A DNA stretch of 64,000 nt from Botryllus schlosseri (Eukaryota). The translations under genes were made by a program, and so were the position numbers. This document shows, piece after piece, positions 15,147-28,144 of the stretch. The notes under the pieces were generated by a model. It did not search any database. It worked only from the letters and a program-made list of their open reading frames with translations, and was not told the origin of the DNA. Where the stretch lies: positions 40,302,001-40,366,000 of the forward strand of contig CM119371.1 of the NCBI GenBank assembly GCA_051294905.1, written 5' to 3'. The number at the start of each line of letters is the position of its first letter. Position 1 is the first letter of the stretch.

Positions 15147-16043
15147 CAGTGGTTCCTAACCCTTCTCACACTGTTACCCCCAAGAAGAAAATGACAGGAT
15201 GCGATTACCCCTTTTCAAAAAATAACAAGTTAAAGCTGGCACTCAATTAATTGTAAAACAACACAAAGTGACGCCATAATGTACACTGAAATGCCCGTTA
15301 AAAATATCAGGTCAATGGGAAGGCTGATGCTGTTTTTGCGTTATCCAGTGGTCACATATAGGAAAGGGAATGAGGATAATAGAAATCATCTCATGCAACT
15401 GTCAATCGTAAATATAATATTGATATTTCGTTTTGATGGATACCATTGCAGAAATCCTATTTCACAGCAATAAGTTGAAGGAAATTCAAGCAAAAAGTTC
15501 AATGCCATTATGACGAAGATTTGTAATTCATTTTGACGGCGAACCCAAAAGGTTCCAATATCGTCCCTTCGTTTCTTGGAAGGTCTTCTGATGATGTAAG
15601 ACACAATTGTGTGGCCAGACTATACCACTGCACTTTTCAATACTAAAAACTATATTTTTACGATATTGTTACTGTCTTATAGGTGTAAAGCTGAACTTGG
15701 ACGCTCCTTGTTGTCTTCCAATGCGTAAGAATATATGATCCGCACTACAGCAAAATAAATTGGACTTCTAGCACTATACTAAACTACATTTGACCCTGTT
15801 ATTCATAATCACTATTGGTTCTGGTTACTATGATATCACAGCAGGCATGGTGTGTTAAGTGAAACAAAAGATATGTAGCCTACAAGCTCGCAAAAATATA
15901 TGTTGGCCTACATTCATATTTACGTTTGAAAATATTTCATTGCAGCGTTACAATAATTCATAGGAAATGTCAATTTGAATTACCCCGGAAAATTGGTAAA
16001 TTATCTATTTGAGGGTAATTAACCTCAGGTTAAGACACCACTG
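15147..16043. mobile_element. hAT (Charlie-like) MITE
   Basis: CAGTGGTTCCTAACC ... GGTTAAGACACCACTG ends. Confidence 0.55.
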
Positions 16044-16646
16044 CTAACTAGTTGTAGTTAAGATGAGTCGACTATAGACATCCTACACGGAGACTGAGCC
16101 GTCTCGGCGTTTTCAACTTGATAGCGTTTATTTAAAAGGTTCCCCATCTCCGGTTGTTCAACCTCGTCAAACTCTAGTGATCATGCACATGTACAATACC
16201 TGCCCAATTGCAGAACGCTAGCGTATGGAGTTGTAAGTGAAAATATTCTATAAGCATTACGACATGGACGTGCATTTCGCGTATATTTCACGAAATACTG
16301 CTCGTATACCCTCTCTTAAACGATAATAACCACAAGGTTATTAAATGAAGGAAATCCGATAACCAACCAGTCGCTACTCATCTTCTCATTGACTATTATG
16401 CGCCTTCACTAGACTGTAGCTACCGTGTTTGCTGATAAGTACTGTCACCCTGAAATCGATTAACTTAACATACGCTCGTCAAATGCGACGTAATTTCAGG
16501 TTGTAAACCCAATCGACAGTATCTCAATATGATCGTTGAGTACTTCATCTGCAGACTTTTATGTCGGTAGTTCAGCAACTGGTATTTAATATCTAGTAAA
16601 CATTCCCTACTATAATGAGGATACGAGAACGACCAAGTATTGATAA

Positions 16647-17996
16647 CACTGGTCCACACATATTTTTAGGCAGACAAAGTAAGAGTGGTTTTGGGGGTTC
16701 TGAAGGGCACTGATTCCGAATATGACCTTAGTTTTTTTCAAATTGGCTCTTATTGTGGAGATAACCCATGGGGCTATTTTGACCAAAATCTCCCATTTTC
16801 GCGGTAATGACTTGATATAAAATCGGCTTAATCGTACTATAAAGTTTAGAAATTCAATCTACTTGTTATTTTTACACACAGAAGACTATTTTAAATCAAA
16901 ATGCAGCAACAGCACTATATTTAGGAGTAATAGATTTATCATAGTTACAGACTTTCATGGATATCATGTACATAAATAAACTCTAGTCATGTATATAAGT
17001 AGGCTATTTAACTATATACTCAAATAACGTGGCATTAATTCAATCAGTTTTACGTCAACCACCTATTGTAAATTTGAAATAATCAGTTGGAATACAATAT
17101 TATTGATATATTTTAATTCGAAATCGATTTTTGTACGATTTTCACCTGTAAGCTATTTAGTGCAGTTTCTCGAAAGGTTCCGGCAATGGTCTGACATAAT
17201 ATGTTCAATGAATTGTCTCATCTTCCCTGGTATCTTTATTTTGTTGTTCGGATGTCTTGGTAGAACCTCTATACCCTTGCTAATGAACAAGATGATCGGG
17301 AAATATATCAAGATGACTGTTTGTAGTTGGGTGCTTTGTGATCATCTAAAAAGTTTTATTTACTACATCTTAGGAGAAATTATATGCTGTGAACTCTTCC
17401 TAATGTGAAATTGGAATCTTTCATCGGTATTCGAATATACCAGGTACCAGATTTAAGCTTCTCGTTTGATAGAGTTACCCACTTTGTTGACTCAGTGGAA
17501 AATTATCAATTTACCAGTCTAAAGAATGAGACACATATGAGTATTGTAGTTAAGCCTTTCAAGGACAAATTTCATAGTTTTATACTCCTCTTTAATCTTG
17601 GTAGAATGACCAATTGATACAGGAGAATATTAATTTTCGTTGTACAAAAGTAAAATTTGTAGGCTTGACAAACTGCTTTTTTGACAAACAAATATTTCGC
17701 ATCATGCCATGATAATATTGATAGAATGACTAAGAATGACATGGGTGTTCTTCATGGTCAATTAGCCATTTATGCGCTGTATAAAATTAGAAAAAACTAC
17801 GATTTTCGTCCTACCAAGTGAAATATTTAAGGGTAAATAAAGTAATTTTGGGCTTTTTTAGGGGTATAAATATCTTCTGACAGTGAGTCAATCTGACAAA
17901 ACTAATGTGATATTTGTAATCAGCAACCTCAGAAACCCCAGAAACGGCTCTCAGATGTTCTGCCTAAAAAATTGTTTTTCATTTTGTTGACCAGTG
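16647..17996 (-). mobile_element. Decayed Chapaev3-like (CMC) DNA transposon
   Basis: CACTGGTC / GACCAGTG ends with TAA on both sides. Minus-strand remnants IGHSTKIKEEYKTMKFVLERLNY and RFYQDI..RYQGR..MSDHC. Confidence 0.65.
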
Positions 17997-20136
17997 TAAT
18001 TATTCGATATATCTTCCCATATGAACGACCAAAAAATTTCTGTAAGAGACCTCATTCAAGACCGATTAACATACCTCGCGTTTTCGGGAAATGATCACTA
18101 ACAGCCTGGCATGGCAGGATGGCGCGTAGCTTATTCATCAAAGCAATAAACTCATTTTTGTAATGTTTCCACGTGACACTTAGAAGGAATCGTGAGAAAC
18201 ACTTAACAATAGTATACATCAGTTGCGATCCACACAATCATATTGCAACAACTGCGAGGGAAGCGATGATATGTGCTCGTATACTAATTCATATAATTCA
18301 CATTCTGACAGATAAGTTGCTCGATTTATGTTCAGTACACCCTGTCCAAACAAATGTCTCATACCGAGCACATCGCATTTAAGTGCCTCGTAAAAATTAC
18401 GCTGTCAAAAAATCATATGTTTGCAAACTTTGCAGTGACATGTGATGTTTGCGACATCTCCGCACGACACGTAACCAATCACTAGGAATTAACATTGGAA
18501 TTTACTATTCGTGTAAGCGGGTTGGTAACACCATTTCGTGACAGGCACTAACGCTGCAGTAGTTAACGTTCACACAATTCTTGAATATGGCTGATCATAG
18601 CTCATTTTTCACAGCATGCAATACGCAAGAGGAACAGCGATTCAAGCCTTAAAGTAACGTTTATATCATCTCTAAAGCCACTTTCAGGGTGAGGACTAAA
18701 GGTTATTATAAAAGGTTATTGTTCGTGCAAACGCGAGCCTTTTTGTAAGGTTCTGTGTGAATGCTAACGCGAACCTATGACCTCACGTGACGTCATAATG
18801 ATAATTCCAACCCTACATTTTAGTAACGTGATATATTAATGTTCATTGGACACGATACCTAGCGACGAATCAGGCTATATTTTGCCACAATGCTGAAGTA
18901 AATGCTGACTTTAAACGTCATTAAATGTATCACTTGTAGCGATCAAATGCTAAAATAATCCCGTAAAATCAATATCTTCCATCGCTTTGCCAACAATTTC
19001 AACGAGAACTTGTAAAGTTATATAAGCTCACTTGTCAACGGTCTAGACCTGACCTGAAAATGTATTCGGCACTGACAATTGCTACATGGATATTGAGCAG
19101 AGTATAGATCGGGGTTCTATACTCACTACTGAGATCACCCCGTAAATAAGGTATAGAATAGCCGACACCCCAAATGCACGGATTTGGTTGTTATGATAAA
19201 ATAAACATAATAAATCAAGATAGATCCTGTATGCCTGCAAAATTTGTTTACATTAAACAACAATGTATTCATTATATCAATCTCATATAGTGGTTGAACA
19301 GGCATCATTCGCTGACTACCAAGATGTAATAATGTAGGTTATTTCGTTCTTGATGTACCAGTTACCAATAGATTTTGGAACCCAAAGAGGGTTTTTGCAC
19401 GTTTGTGTCTAGATGCGAACCTCGATCATTTACAGATTCGTTTTAACAAAACAATCTGGGTAGCTACTACCCAACGAACATGTTGGTAATGATCCGAATT
19501 TTGGATCAAAATGTTAGGAATTTCAAGTGCCTGTCACCGCCGCTACGTAGCGATGAAAACACGTTTGTGCTAAAGCGAACCGTAAACTTATATATCAGTA
19601 GTAGTTATCCAGGGTATCAACGAACTTCGGGGATTCGCTGAGAAAGTATACGGAGTTGAGCAGGAGTCAAGACACACATCCAACTCACATGATTAGCGAT
19701 GACGCGCCCGCTGGGCCCATCATTGCCTGCAGATAATTAGACGCGATCAGTAGTCGAATTGTTTCCGTTGCGGTGGTACGCGGTTTGTAATGACGAACAC
19801 AAGGAAGACTTGAGTCTAGAATTGAAACCGCGCCCATTTGAAATTCGGGCCTATCCCCGATAGTTATTGATTCATTTGAAATTGAGCACTTTGCACCCCG
19901 TTGATGCAAGGCAATTCCCAGGGTCAATCCTCGATAGAATTCGTTAGAGATTACAGAATTTGTAGAGATACATATTCATATCTCGGCTTTGAAGACTTCA
20001 TCTACATCGCAATGACGTATGCGTCATCTGAATATACATTACACATGACTGCACTTTGTACAGTGTACTCGTCGTTACCTAATACGAAGCAAATTATCCT
20101 TAACAAGAAGAAAACATATATATAGGCCTATGTGTT

Positions 20137-20500
20137 TTATTAATATTAATATTATATTAATTTATAGAGTGCCGAATATAACAATATATCATTACTACAC
20201 TAGGGCGCTTTACCTAAAAGGCAATAAAATATAAAAGTAATCGATATGTATAAAAGACGGAGTGCATAGTTATAGGGCGAAATGAACACTATACTGTAGT
20301 TCGAACGCTCGTGTGAATAAAACGGTCTTGATTTTGGGTTTGAAAACATATAGCGAGTCACATAGTCTGATAGAAAATGGAAGATTATTCCACAGAATGG
20401 CGGCCGAGAAAGAAAAGGTTCTCTCGCCGTACGTCGATATTCTGACTCTTGGAACTGAAAAGAGTGTTTGCGACTGAGAACGTAGCGCTCCTCCGGGATT
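20137..20500 (-). mobile_element. 5'-truncated CR1/L2-clade LINE 3' end
   Basis: LRS...VPRVR...YGERTFSFSAAILWNNLP..IR...FK.KIKT.LF ORF2 tail followed by a 3'UTR and an AAT-rich tail. Confidence 0.85.
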
Positions 20501-21719
20501 ATTCAAGTTTTCAAGTTCGATTTTATTCATAGAATTTTCATCACTTCAAAACATCACAAGACTGCAATACAATGAATGATAGGAATATGCCAAAACGACT
20601 AGGAGTAGTCTTAAGATCAGACACCGACCTGGGCCTAGGCGATGTAAAGAGGAGACATGCACACTGAATTGAAGTAAAAGAAGCTAATATAAAGTGGCAA
20701 GTGTCGAAGGGCGAGATCGATATATGTCAGGTCGTGGTCCGGTGAATTGCGAGGGCTGACTAGTATTATAGATTGTCACTAGCTCACGAAGATACGCTGG
20801 TGCACTTTACTCCATGCATTTGAAGACAGGCCTACAGAAGAAGCTTGTATTCAAACCTGCATTTCACGGGTAACCAATGAACCAGACGCCCCGTGCCATT
20901 TGGTGGAAAAGGTGGGTTGATTTCGGTCGTACAACTCAAGGACCAAAAGGACTACTAGTTGCTGATGATTACCACTGCCATGTGCCATCCGTAAATATTT
21001 TGGAATTATGTAACTATCTTTATATACTATAAAATTGACGAGTGTTTCTGTTTACTACCGCCAAGTTGAAACGAGTCACGGGATATTGGCGTGATTCTGA
21101 TAAAAAACCGTTGCTCCAGTCATAAATTATGCCATAAAGCGTTATTGCAGTGTTGAGATAAGAGTTAAATTTACTGCTATTTATCTAGGATTGCCTTGTA
21201 CGTGTATAGGCCTACAATGTACATATCATGGGCAAGGCAGTGTGCTTAACAGAATTAAACACTGTTTGTGGATAGCAGTCGGACGAATCAGAAATTTAAA
21301 AGAAGCGGCACACCCTCGAATTAAATTGATGTGTAGCAGCTGCAGTCAGCAGATAATAACTTGAAATAATGTGTGACTAGAATTTTTTCCAGTTTATACT
21401 GCGCGATCCTATGATAAATACTTGAGTAAGCTCGGATTTTTCTGCTCAGCTTACTTTCCATAGACTACTGCAGACCTGCGCACAGTGCGGCCCGCGAAAG
21501 GTTGCTTGGAATTCAAAACTTAGAAGTTGCTTTTTGAATGACCTATGCAATAGGCTGTATCAACTGAACAGGAAATTCGTTTACTTTGAAGCCTATTCCT
21601 TAATATATCACGATTACACGGCCTGGGTACCTCGCATACGTAATCCTGATCCCAAATAAAGGAAAGTATGAGTAACATTTGAAGTCACAAGAAATCCCTC
21701 TTTCCATATAGTTTAGTTC

Positions 21720-22290
21720 AAGGGTTTAGTTCACCAACCTTTGGGCAACCACGGGCTACTTTTGGGTACTGATGGAATCGACGGGCTACCATTTACTCCC
21801 GTCGTTTACCCGTTGCCCTACTATCTGTTTTTAAATTGATAGCACTGGGCAGGAAACACATTGTGGTAAGACTTCTAAGAGATTCTTATAAATGACAACA
21901 TCTCATTTCAAATATCTTGCCACCAAGACTTTTTTAGAAATCACGAATTACTTCGCACTATGTTTATATCAATTATTCAACTGTCAGCTCAAATTTTAAA
22001 ATAAATCACATCACACCTTAGACTGGACATCATGCTATCTGTTCTTATATCAGTCAGTGGGAGGCCTGGTATTGCAGGCTATCAACTAGTGCGCTGTACT
22101 CGGGCATGTATAACTGGACACTGCAGCTCCTAGTGAGTGTTCCACATATCCATTAATGAGGCGTGTTCTGTGTTTGTTTTTGATGAAGTTTATGTCCTCA
22201 AAGGCTGATTCACAACGATAATTTGAACCAAATACGCTTGCAACCTTCATAGCTGCTGCGCATTTAACCACTGTACTTTTCCGTGTCAAC
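21720..22290 (-). mobile_element. hAT (Charlie/GTF2IRD2-like) transposon 3' fragment
   Basis: ASVFGSNYRCESAF..INFIKNKHRTRL dimerization-domain remnant. Confidence 0.7.
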
Positions 22291-22967
22291 AAAGCCTCAT
22301 AAGTTTGCTGCAGCTTTGTGGGCTTTGAGCTGGTGGTCATTTTGCGGGGTTACAAATTCAATCTTCAACTATTCACCATCCAGACATAATAGATTTCATT
22401 ATGCCTGACAGCAGCGTGGATTCCAGATTTTCTCATTTTTGGCCGAAGCCGGTTTGAAGCAGGATCAGTACCTTTTCTGATACGGCCGAAGTCGGATCGG
22501 AGCCGGATCAGTATTTTTTACCAATAATACGACGGCCTCAAACTCTTCCACCCTCGAATGAATAGTTAAAGTGAAACCTTCATAGAAATAAACAAATGCT
22601 AAATCCAAGTTTGGCAAAATAACTTCAGATAAGGGCTGGGTTTGATCTTCGAGTTTTTAATGTCCTGTTTGCATTGTTTCAATCAATATTCAATACCATC
22701 CTGTGAGTAGTTAAAAATATTATCGGAGTTTTTCGGGCCGGATCACGGTCATTTCTTGAATTCGGTCAAGGAGTAGGACCAGAGCTTTTAAAACCAGAAG
22801 CAGAGTTGGACCAGAGAATTTGTCGACCCGCTTCCCACTAATGTCTTCCTGAGTTCCTAAGTGGATGTCAAATTTGAATTAAAAAGTTGTACTCGATTTG
22901 TACCGCGGTATAAGTCTGAGATAGGTTCTGGTTGCGACACGATTGTTGATATTTAATGTTTTTACCA

Positions 22968-23058
22968 TTCTCTACTAGTTGCTGACGATTACCCCAGACG
23001 AGTGTCAGCCGAAAATATTCGGGTTCATTTCACTATGAATATATTATTCAATTGTATA
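22968..23058 (+). repeat. Dispersed ~90-bp repeat with minimal hammerhead ribozyme motif (Penelope pLTR-like)
   Basis: Copies at 24366-24411 plus 48738-48771 (-, split), 44154-44229 (+), 52735-52790 (-), 53101-53178 (-) and 53230-53320 (+). Confidence 0.7.
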
Positions 23059-23819
23059 GCGGCAGAGCAGAGCAGTGGTTCCTAACCTTGTCTCCAGCGT
23101 CCCTCAAGCGGAAACGCCCAGGGGTTGATATGGGGGGGGGCTGAGATCAGGGGCACAATATGGGGGACGATAAAGAAAAATGGCTTCGCAGTAGATGGTG
23201 TAGTATTAGGGCACATCCTTAAGGAGTATTCAGAGCAGATTAACAGTCCACAAAATATGTCATATCCTGAAATTTTTGGTCGCGCTATGCGACGATGTTT
23301 GCTAAATATGTTTTCATAAATGTAGTGGATTATTATAATTCATGTAAAATAAATTGGACGTACTTTCAGATCGCCGATTTCCCATTAAAGCACTGCCATC
23401 ACGCTTGCTAGGGTTACTTTCAACAAAATCTGTAGAACTAGGTATTATATCCTGCAGCGCATAACACGTGGAAATCGAAGAAGGAGGCTCTGTACATTAC
23501 TTTTGAGAATGAGAGCCCCTTTGTTGTTTGTCGACTACTATGATCATTTACATCAGGCATATCTTCTTTTTTATTCCGTAGCTGCCGACTTGCAGCACGG
23601 CCAACTTCTAGGCTTTCACAAGACACCGCTTACACGGATGATAACGAGATGGAGCCTAGCTAGATAGGAGTTCTAGAATCGACCGTGGTCGGACTCACAT
23701 CCGCAATCTATTAGTGTTGCAGCTGTGGATTATACCACTACGCTATCTAGCCACAATGGCGCGCAAGCGATGTCTCAACAAAGCCTAAAAACGAAAATGG
23801 AGCCTTGCTATAGCAAAAT

Positions 23820-23915
23820 TTTCCAAATTAGATTAGAATAAGAATTATAGTTACGCAGTATTTTTCAAATTAGATTAGAATAAGAATTATAGTTACGCAG
23901 TATTTTTTAAAATTA
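23820..23915. repeat. ~40-bp tandem duplication
   Basis: AAATTAGATTAGAATAAGAATTATAGTTACGCAGTATTTTT twice. Confidence 0.85.
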
Positions 23916-24667
23916 GACGAGAATTGGAGTATTGAATTAGAATTACTGAATTCGCGAAAAGTTGGACATTGAATGAAGTTCGGTTAATATCAAATCAGAG
24001 TTCATAGGAATAACAAGCGTCTGTACAGAAAGCTTGGCTTTTCGCACTGTTCGGTCCTCCTGTAGCATTTTCAAGAAAACTAGAAACGTGATTGGTAGTC
24101 CAAGCAAAGATACACCTCCCAAATCAGATAAGGATGATAGGACCAGCATTTTGTTCTAATCAGTCCAACTTGACATTAATAATTATCTAGTTGTCCATGT
24201 ATGTGTGCTGTAAATCAACGGACCAGTAATGAAAATCAGAAATATCAGCCTGGTGTAAATGACCACAGTTCGTAACACCATGACTTATTAGCAAATAAAG
24301 GCGTGACTCAGTTTTGACATTCCCATAAATCTTTTGAAGAACGTGTCCAAAGTACAGAACGTCAGTATACAATTAAATAGTATATTCATATTGAAATGAG
24401 ACCCGAATATTCAGCAGCATACCAATACCGAGAAAACCATTACCGAGAATAGACATTAGCGAGAATGTCATTACCGAGAATGGACATTAGCGAGAATGGA
24501 CATTACCGAGAATGGTCATTATCGGGAATGGTCATCACCGAGAATGGCCAATGTCCAGAATATAGCTTACTGGGACTGACCTTGCCGCGAAATTTGTACC
24601 TGAGCATCGGTGCCGAATGTGGCAACGCCGTGATGCACTCACACGACCTGTGCATATGCATAACATG

Positions 24668-24920
24668 AGTAGTAGACTTAGCTGGCTTTATTGCCCGCCA
24701 ATCCCAGAAGGCCACGTCTCCTTAATTGCCACGCCTACATTGCCACATCATCCGCCCATTGCCGCACCTATGGGACGCCTATTGTCACATCATCCACCCA
24801 TTGCCGCACCTTTAGCACACCCATTGCCACATCATCAGCCACATCCATTGCCACATCATCAAGCGCCACGCCCATTGCTACATCATCCACCCATATAACA
24901 CCCATTGCTACATCATCATG
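24668..24920 (+). repeat. Polinton left TIR with CCATTGCCACATCATC sub-repeats
   Basis: First ~50 bp are identical to the reverse complement of the right end; imperfect match thereafter. Inner boundary approximate. Confidence 0.9.
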
Positions 24921-25109
24921 ATTATGCGTACTGAGCTGTTTTTGAGAATATGAATTCTCGTGTAATACACTAAACTTTGAACTAGATTTCATAACGTCAT
25001 CACAGAGGAATCAGCCAACTATCTTGATCTAGGTTGTAGGTTCGAACCCTGTAGTCACCGCATTTCATACGATTCAGCACCTTTCATGTCTCCTAACTTT
25101 TACTCGGTC

Positions 25110-25704
25110 TCATTGAAATAGCATTGTATAGTGTACGATTTTATTTCGAAAAAAGAGCATATCAATGATATCGTTGATCGTTATTGCGCCGATTTGCGTG
25201 CTGAAATCCTCCAGATCGGTTGGTGTTTCGAGGTACACCGCTTTGCTGCCATCCGACGCTGCGATCCGAGTTCTTGCGTTCGATCTGACCGTTTTGTTTG
25301 ATGTAGCGATCGTTGGCTTGTAGTATATACGATACGAGCGGAAGGTCGGGATTAGGAACAACTACGCTGGGCGAATAGATGACGAATTCGTCAGCTGGAT
25401 TCAGAGGTTGATAATGCTCGATCCCGTCGCGAGTATACGTAACGACCAGACCTCCTTCATGCTTCAGAGTGGCTCGATATTTCTGAATGGTCCCGTTTGT
25501 GGAATGTACAAAGAGTTGATCCGAGGTCAATTCTGCTCCATTCGAAGCTTCGATACGTAATTTTGTGATGTCATTAAAAAGATACAAGTCTTTTCTATAG
25601 GGCCCCTGGGCTAGAATAGTATCTCCACGGATTGCTAGACTCATTCTTTGAAAAGAAATATCAAACATAAGTACAACAGTCATCACGCAATTCCACCTCG
25701 CCAT
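25110..25704 (-). CDS. Polinton hypothetical protein, possibly frameshifted near 25260
   Basis: 181-aa ORF (25162-25707) directly downstream of the IAP gene. An overlapping ORF ending at 25110 may be the true C-terminus. Start uncertain. Confidence 0.5.
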
Positions 25705-26242
25705 CAAATTTAGTCGAGTCTCTTCTTATATTAGGTGTCGCATAACAGACATTACGAATATATTGCAACCCCTTGCGCTTTATGAGAAAAGGACACGTAG
25801 GATAAAACTTTGCATGCTCGAGCCAGGGGTCATCGCACGGCAACCAATTTTGAAACAGCCCACCACACGAGAAACACTTTAAATGATCCTTATAGCCCAA
25901 ATAGAGCAATCCGCAGTCTGCAAGCTCGGTTCCAGAGGTATTGATATTATCCGGCCACCGCATAAATGTGCTTAGTCTACGAGCATAGCGTACCATGTTA
26001 TAGAAAACGGGGTCATTCAACGGGGAGACAGTTACATCTCTATGCTTCGCATAGCATTCATAAATCTTTTCTCCTCTGTTATTTATCATAGCTTGGTACT
26101 GTTCAATGGGACCCGTCCGAGTTTCATCTTCGCTTATATCTATGCTACTTGTGGTACCGATGCAAGCGCAGTTTAATGCAGCATAATTTGTAGGATCCAC
26201 ACTACGCTTAGGTAGCGAATCGCTTTGATCAATGTTCGACAT
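25661..26242 (-). CDS. Single-BIR inhibitor-of-apoptosis (IAP)-like protein
   Basis: RRLSTFMRWP...LADCGLLY...DHLKCFSCGG..NW..DDPWLEHAKFYPTCPF is a BIR domain with CX2CX16HX6C ligands. No RING domain visible. Confidence 0.93.
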   Translation of the reverse strand: MSNIDQSDSLPKRSVDPTNYAALNCACIGTTSSIDISEDETRTGPIEQYQAMINNRGEKIYECYAKHRDVTVSPLNDPVFYNMVRYARRLSTFMRWPDNINTSGTELADCGLLYLGYKDHLKCFSCGGLFQNWLPCDDPWLEHAKFYPTCPFLIKRKGLQYIRNVCYATPNIRRDSTKFDGEVELRDDCCTYV

Positions 26243-26279
26243 TGCTATCCAAATTGATATACTCTCATGATTAGTATGC

Positions 26280-26508
26280 TTTATATAGATATTGAGCTAT
26301 GCACCATCGAAAAATGTGCTTGGTGCCGATCGAATGATAGGCCCCGAGGTCATATCACGGAAATTAGAACGTCGACTGCTCACAGAAAAAGACACGTACC
26401 TCATATCCGTTGATGGTACGTATTATCATTAATTAGAATGCTAGTAAGAATGCCACGAGTACAATCACGCGCTCTCCGCATGCAAAGCGCATGTAGTTCA
26501 CTATATAA
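26280..26508. promoter_or_regulatory. Divergent promoter region with two TATA boxes
   Basis: TATATAAA on the minus strand (26287-26280) ~40 bp before the IAP ATG; TATATAA on the plus strand (26502-26508) ~40 bp before the ATG at 26548. Confidence 0.65.
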
Positions 26509-26547
26509 GAGAGGCTCGAATACGAACTAAACTATACTGCAAAAAGG

Positions 26548-27789
26548 ATGTCGACAATGGAGAAAGCAAGCGACGTAGTTAGCGAATCAACAACTATGAT
26601 TCCTGATAATCAAGCAGATACATTACCGATTGGTGATTTCGATTCCGATGTCGATGCAGAATTGATCGAAGTTACGATTGCAGCTGAAAAGAGTAAAGAG
26701 GCGGAAGCTAGTGATGATGACGTAACAATTATTGATGAGGTAGTGGCGCAATCTGATGAGGCTCCCTTAGCTGACGTGGTGACTCCGATCAATATCGGTA
26801 TACCACGACCGGTGATGGGACCAAGTGAACCTAAATCTAAGCGCAGACTCGACTTCGATAAGAGCATACTACCAGTTGGTGCTCAATTTACGCCTCCACA
26901 GAGTACTGATAACTCGACAGCTGTGACCAGTGCCCAAAGCCCACCTCACTCACCGATCATCGCCCCATGGAGAGTTTATTCGTCCCCTTTTCGCAATAAG
27001 CGACGTCGTATCGCTAATAACGTATTGGACGAGGAAAAGTTTGATGGTCTGATTTATAATTTGGATTACCCTCTACTTACGATTGATGATGGTGTATTAT
27101 TTTTCCGTTCTCTTGAGCAGAATATCGAGGAGGTGTTGTTTGTTGATCGAAAACGGAGCCCTAATTTTCTCCGTGCTGTGTTCATTATCACCCTAATGGA
27201 GGCTCATATGCATAAGAAATATTTTGCGCCTCACTTCTTTATAGAAAGCAAAAATCAAACAGGGAAAGAAGTGTTGATCGATTTGTTGCTCTCTGACGAT
27301 ATCGCCAACTTCCTAGATCCTTTTCATCCGAATCTAGAGGCGTTCAAATTTCACAATACCGAGAAATCTATTTCAGTGATGCGCAATTGCGGGTCTCTAT
27401 TTTTCGATAACAAGATGTTGCAGGAAGCCATTATGTACATTCATCGCAGTCCTTTGCAGTCTGCTTACGGACAAGTAAAGCCGTCGTCGTTTTGGCTCGT
27501 TTCTGAAATTCAGAATGGCAGTGATGTTATGTTACGCAATTTGGGAGGGATGTTTCAATCTAGCACAGTGATTATTCGCTTCGGTAATCAGTGTTATCCT
27601 TGCTACTTGCCTGAGATGAATAAGCATGCTCGCCGTAAAATCATACATGATATATTTGCTCGTACATTCATACCGTCAGATTCCGGATTTGAGAGTGATT
27701 CCTCTTATGTTGAAAACGATGTGCATGCACGTGAATTTTATGCCAAATTCGATGAGCTCAAACGACAGTACAATGACTGGTATATTTGA
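26548..27789 (+). CDS. Polinton accessory/early protein, 413 aa (acidic disordered N-terminus, NLS, short linear motifs)
   Basis: Long intact ORF behind a TATA box. Contains KRRLDF, S/T-P clusters, RNKRRR and DSGFES. Confidence 0.8.
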   Translation: MSTMEKASDVVSESTTMIPDNQADTLPIGDFDSDVDAELIEVTIAAEKSKEAEASDDDVTIIDEVVAQSDEAPLADVVTPINIGIPRPVMGPSEPKSKRRLDFDKSILPVGAQFTPPQSTDNSTAVTSAQSPPHSPIIAPWRVYSSPFRNKRRRIANNVLDEEKFDGLIYNLDYPLLTIDDGVLFFRSLEQNIEEVLFVDRKRSPNFLRAVFIITLMEAHMHKKYFAPHFFIESKNQTGKEVLIDLLLSDDIANFLDPFHPNLEAFKFHNTEKSISVMRNCGSLFFDNKMLQEAIMYIHRSPLQSAYGQVKPSSFWLVSEIQNGSDVMLRNLGGMFQSSTVIIRFGNQCYPCYLPEMNKHARRKIIHDIFARTFIPSDSGFESDSSYVENDVHAREFYAKFDELKRQYNDWYI

Positions 27790-28144
27790 TTTGTTTTCTC
27801 AGATTAATATGGAACCTTTTAATTGTGGTAAAGATCTAAATATGTTGGTACAACAATACGGTTCGGGAGACACAAGACGTACGCGAGATGCTACGACTGC
27901 TACCTTTGAAGGTTTTATTGATGACGATATCAAGAGAGTTGCCACTTGGCGAAAAATGGTCTCACTGGAAGGATATGGGGAATGGCAAAAAGATTTTCTC
28001 GTTATAGCAAAAAATGTGCTTAAAGATATCGATAAATTTGCTCCCAATGCCGATGAACTGCGTAACTTGGAAAATATCAAATTTCTATTTCTTTATGAAG
28101 CTTTCAAGTGTAAATTGCGACTGAAATACGGAATAAATTTATGA
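27773..28144 (+). CDS. Polinton hypothetical protein
   Basis: ORF 27626-28144. Likely start is ATG 27773 or 27809, overlapping or abutting the upstream stop. AATAAA at 28132-28137. Confidence 0.6.
   Translation: MTGIFDLFSQINMEPFNCGKDLNMLVQQYGSGDTRRTRDATTATFEGFIDDDIKRVATWRKMVSLEGYGEWQKDFLVIAKNVLKDIDKFAPNADELRNLENIKFLFLYEAFKCKLRLKYGINL

Noticed and set aside
24423..24560. Extending the Polinton TIR into the outer inverted arrays
   Set aside because: AGTAGT termini and the AACATG TSD lie inside them; the arrays belong to the host foldback.
26548..28144. LxCxE Rb-binding motif in accessory ORFs
   Set aside because: Looked for; none found.
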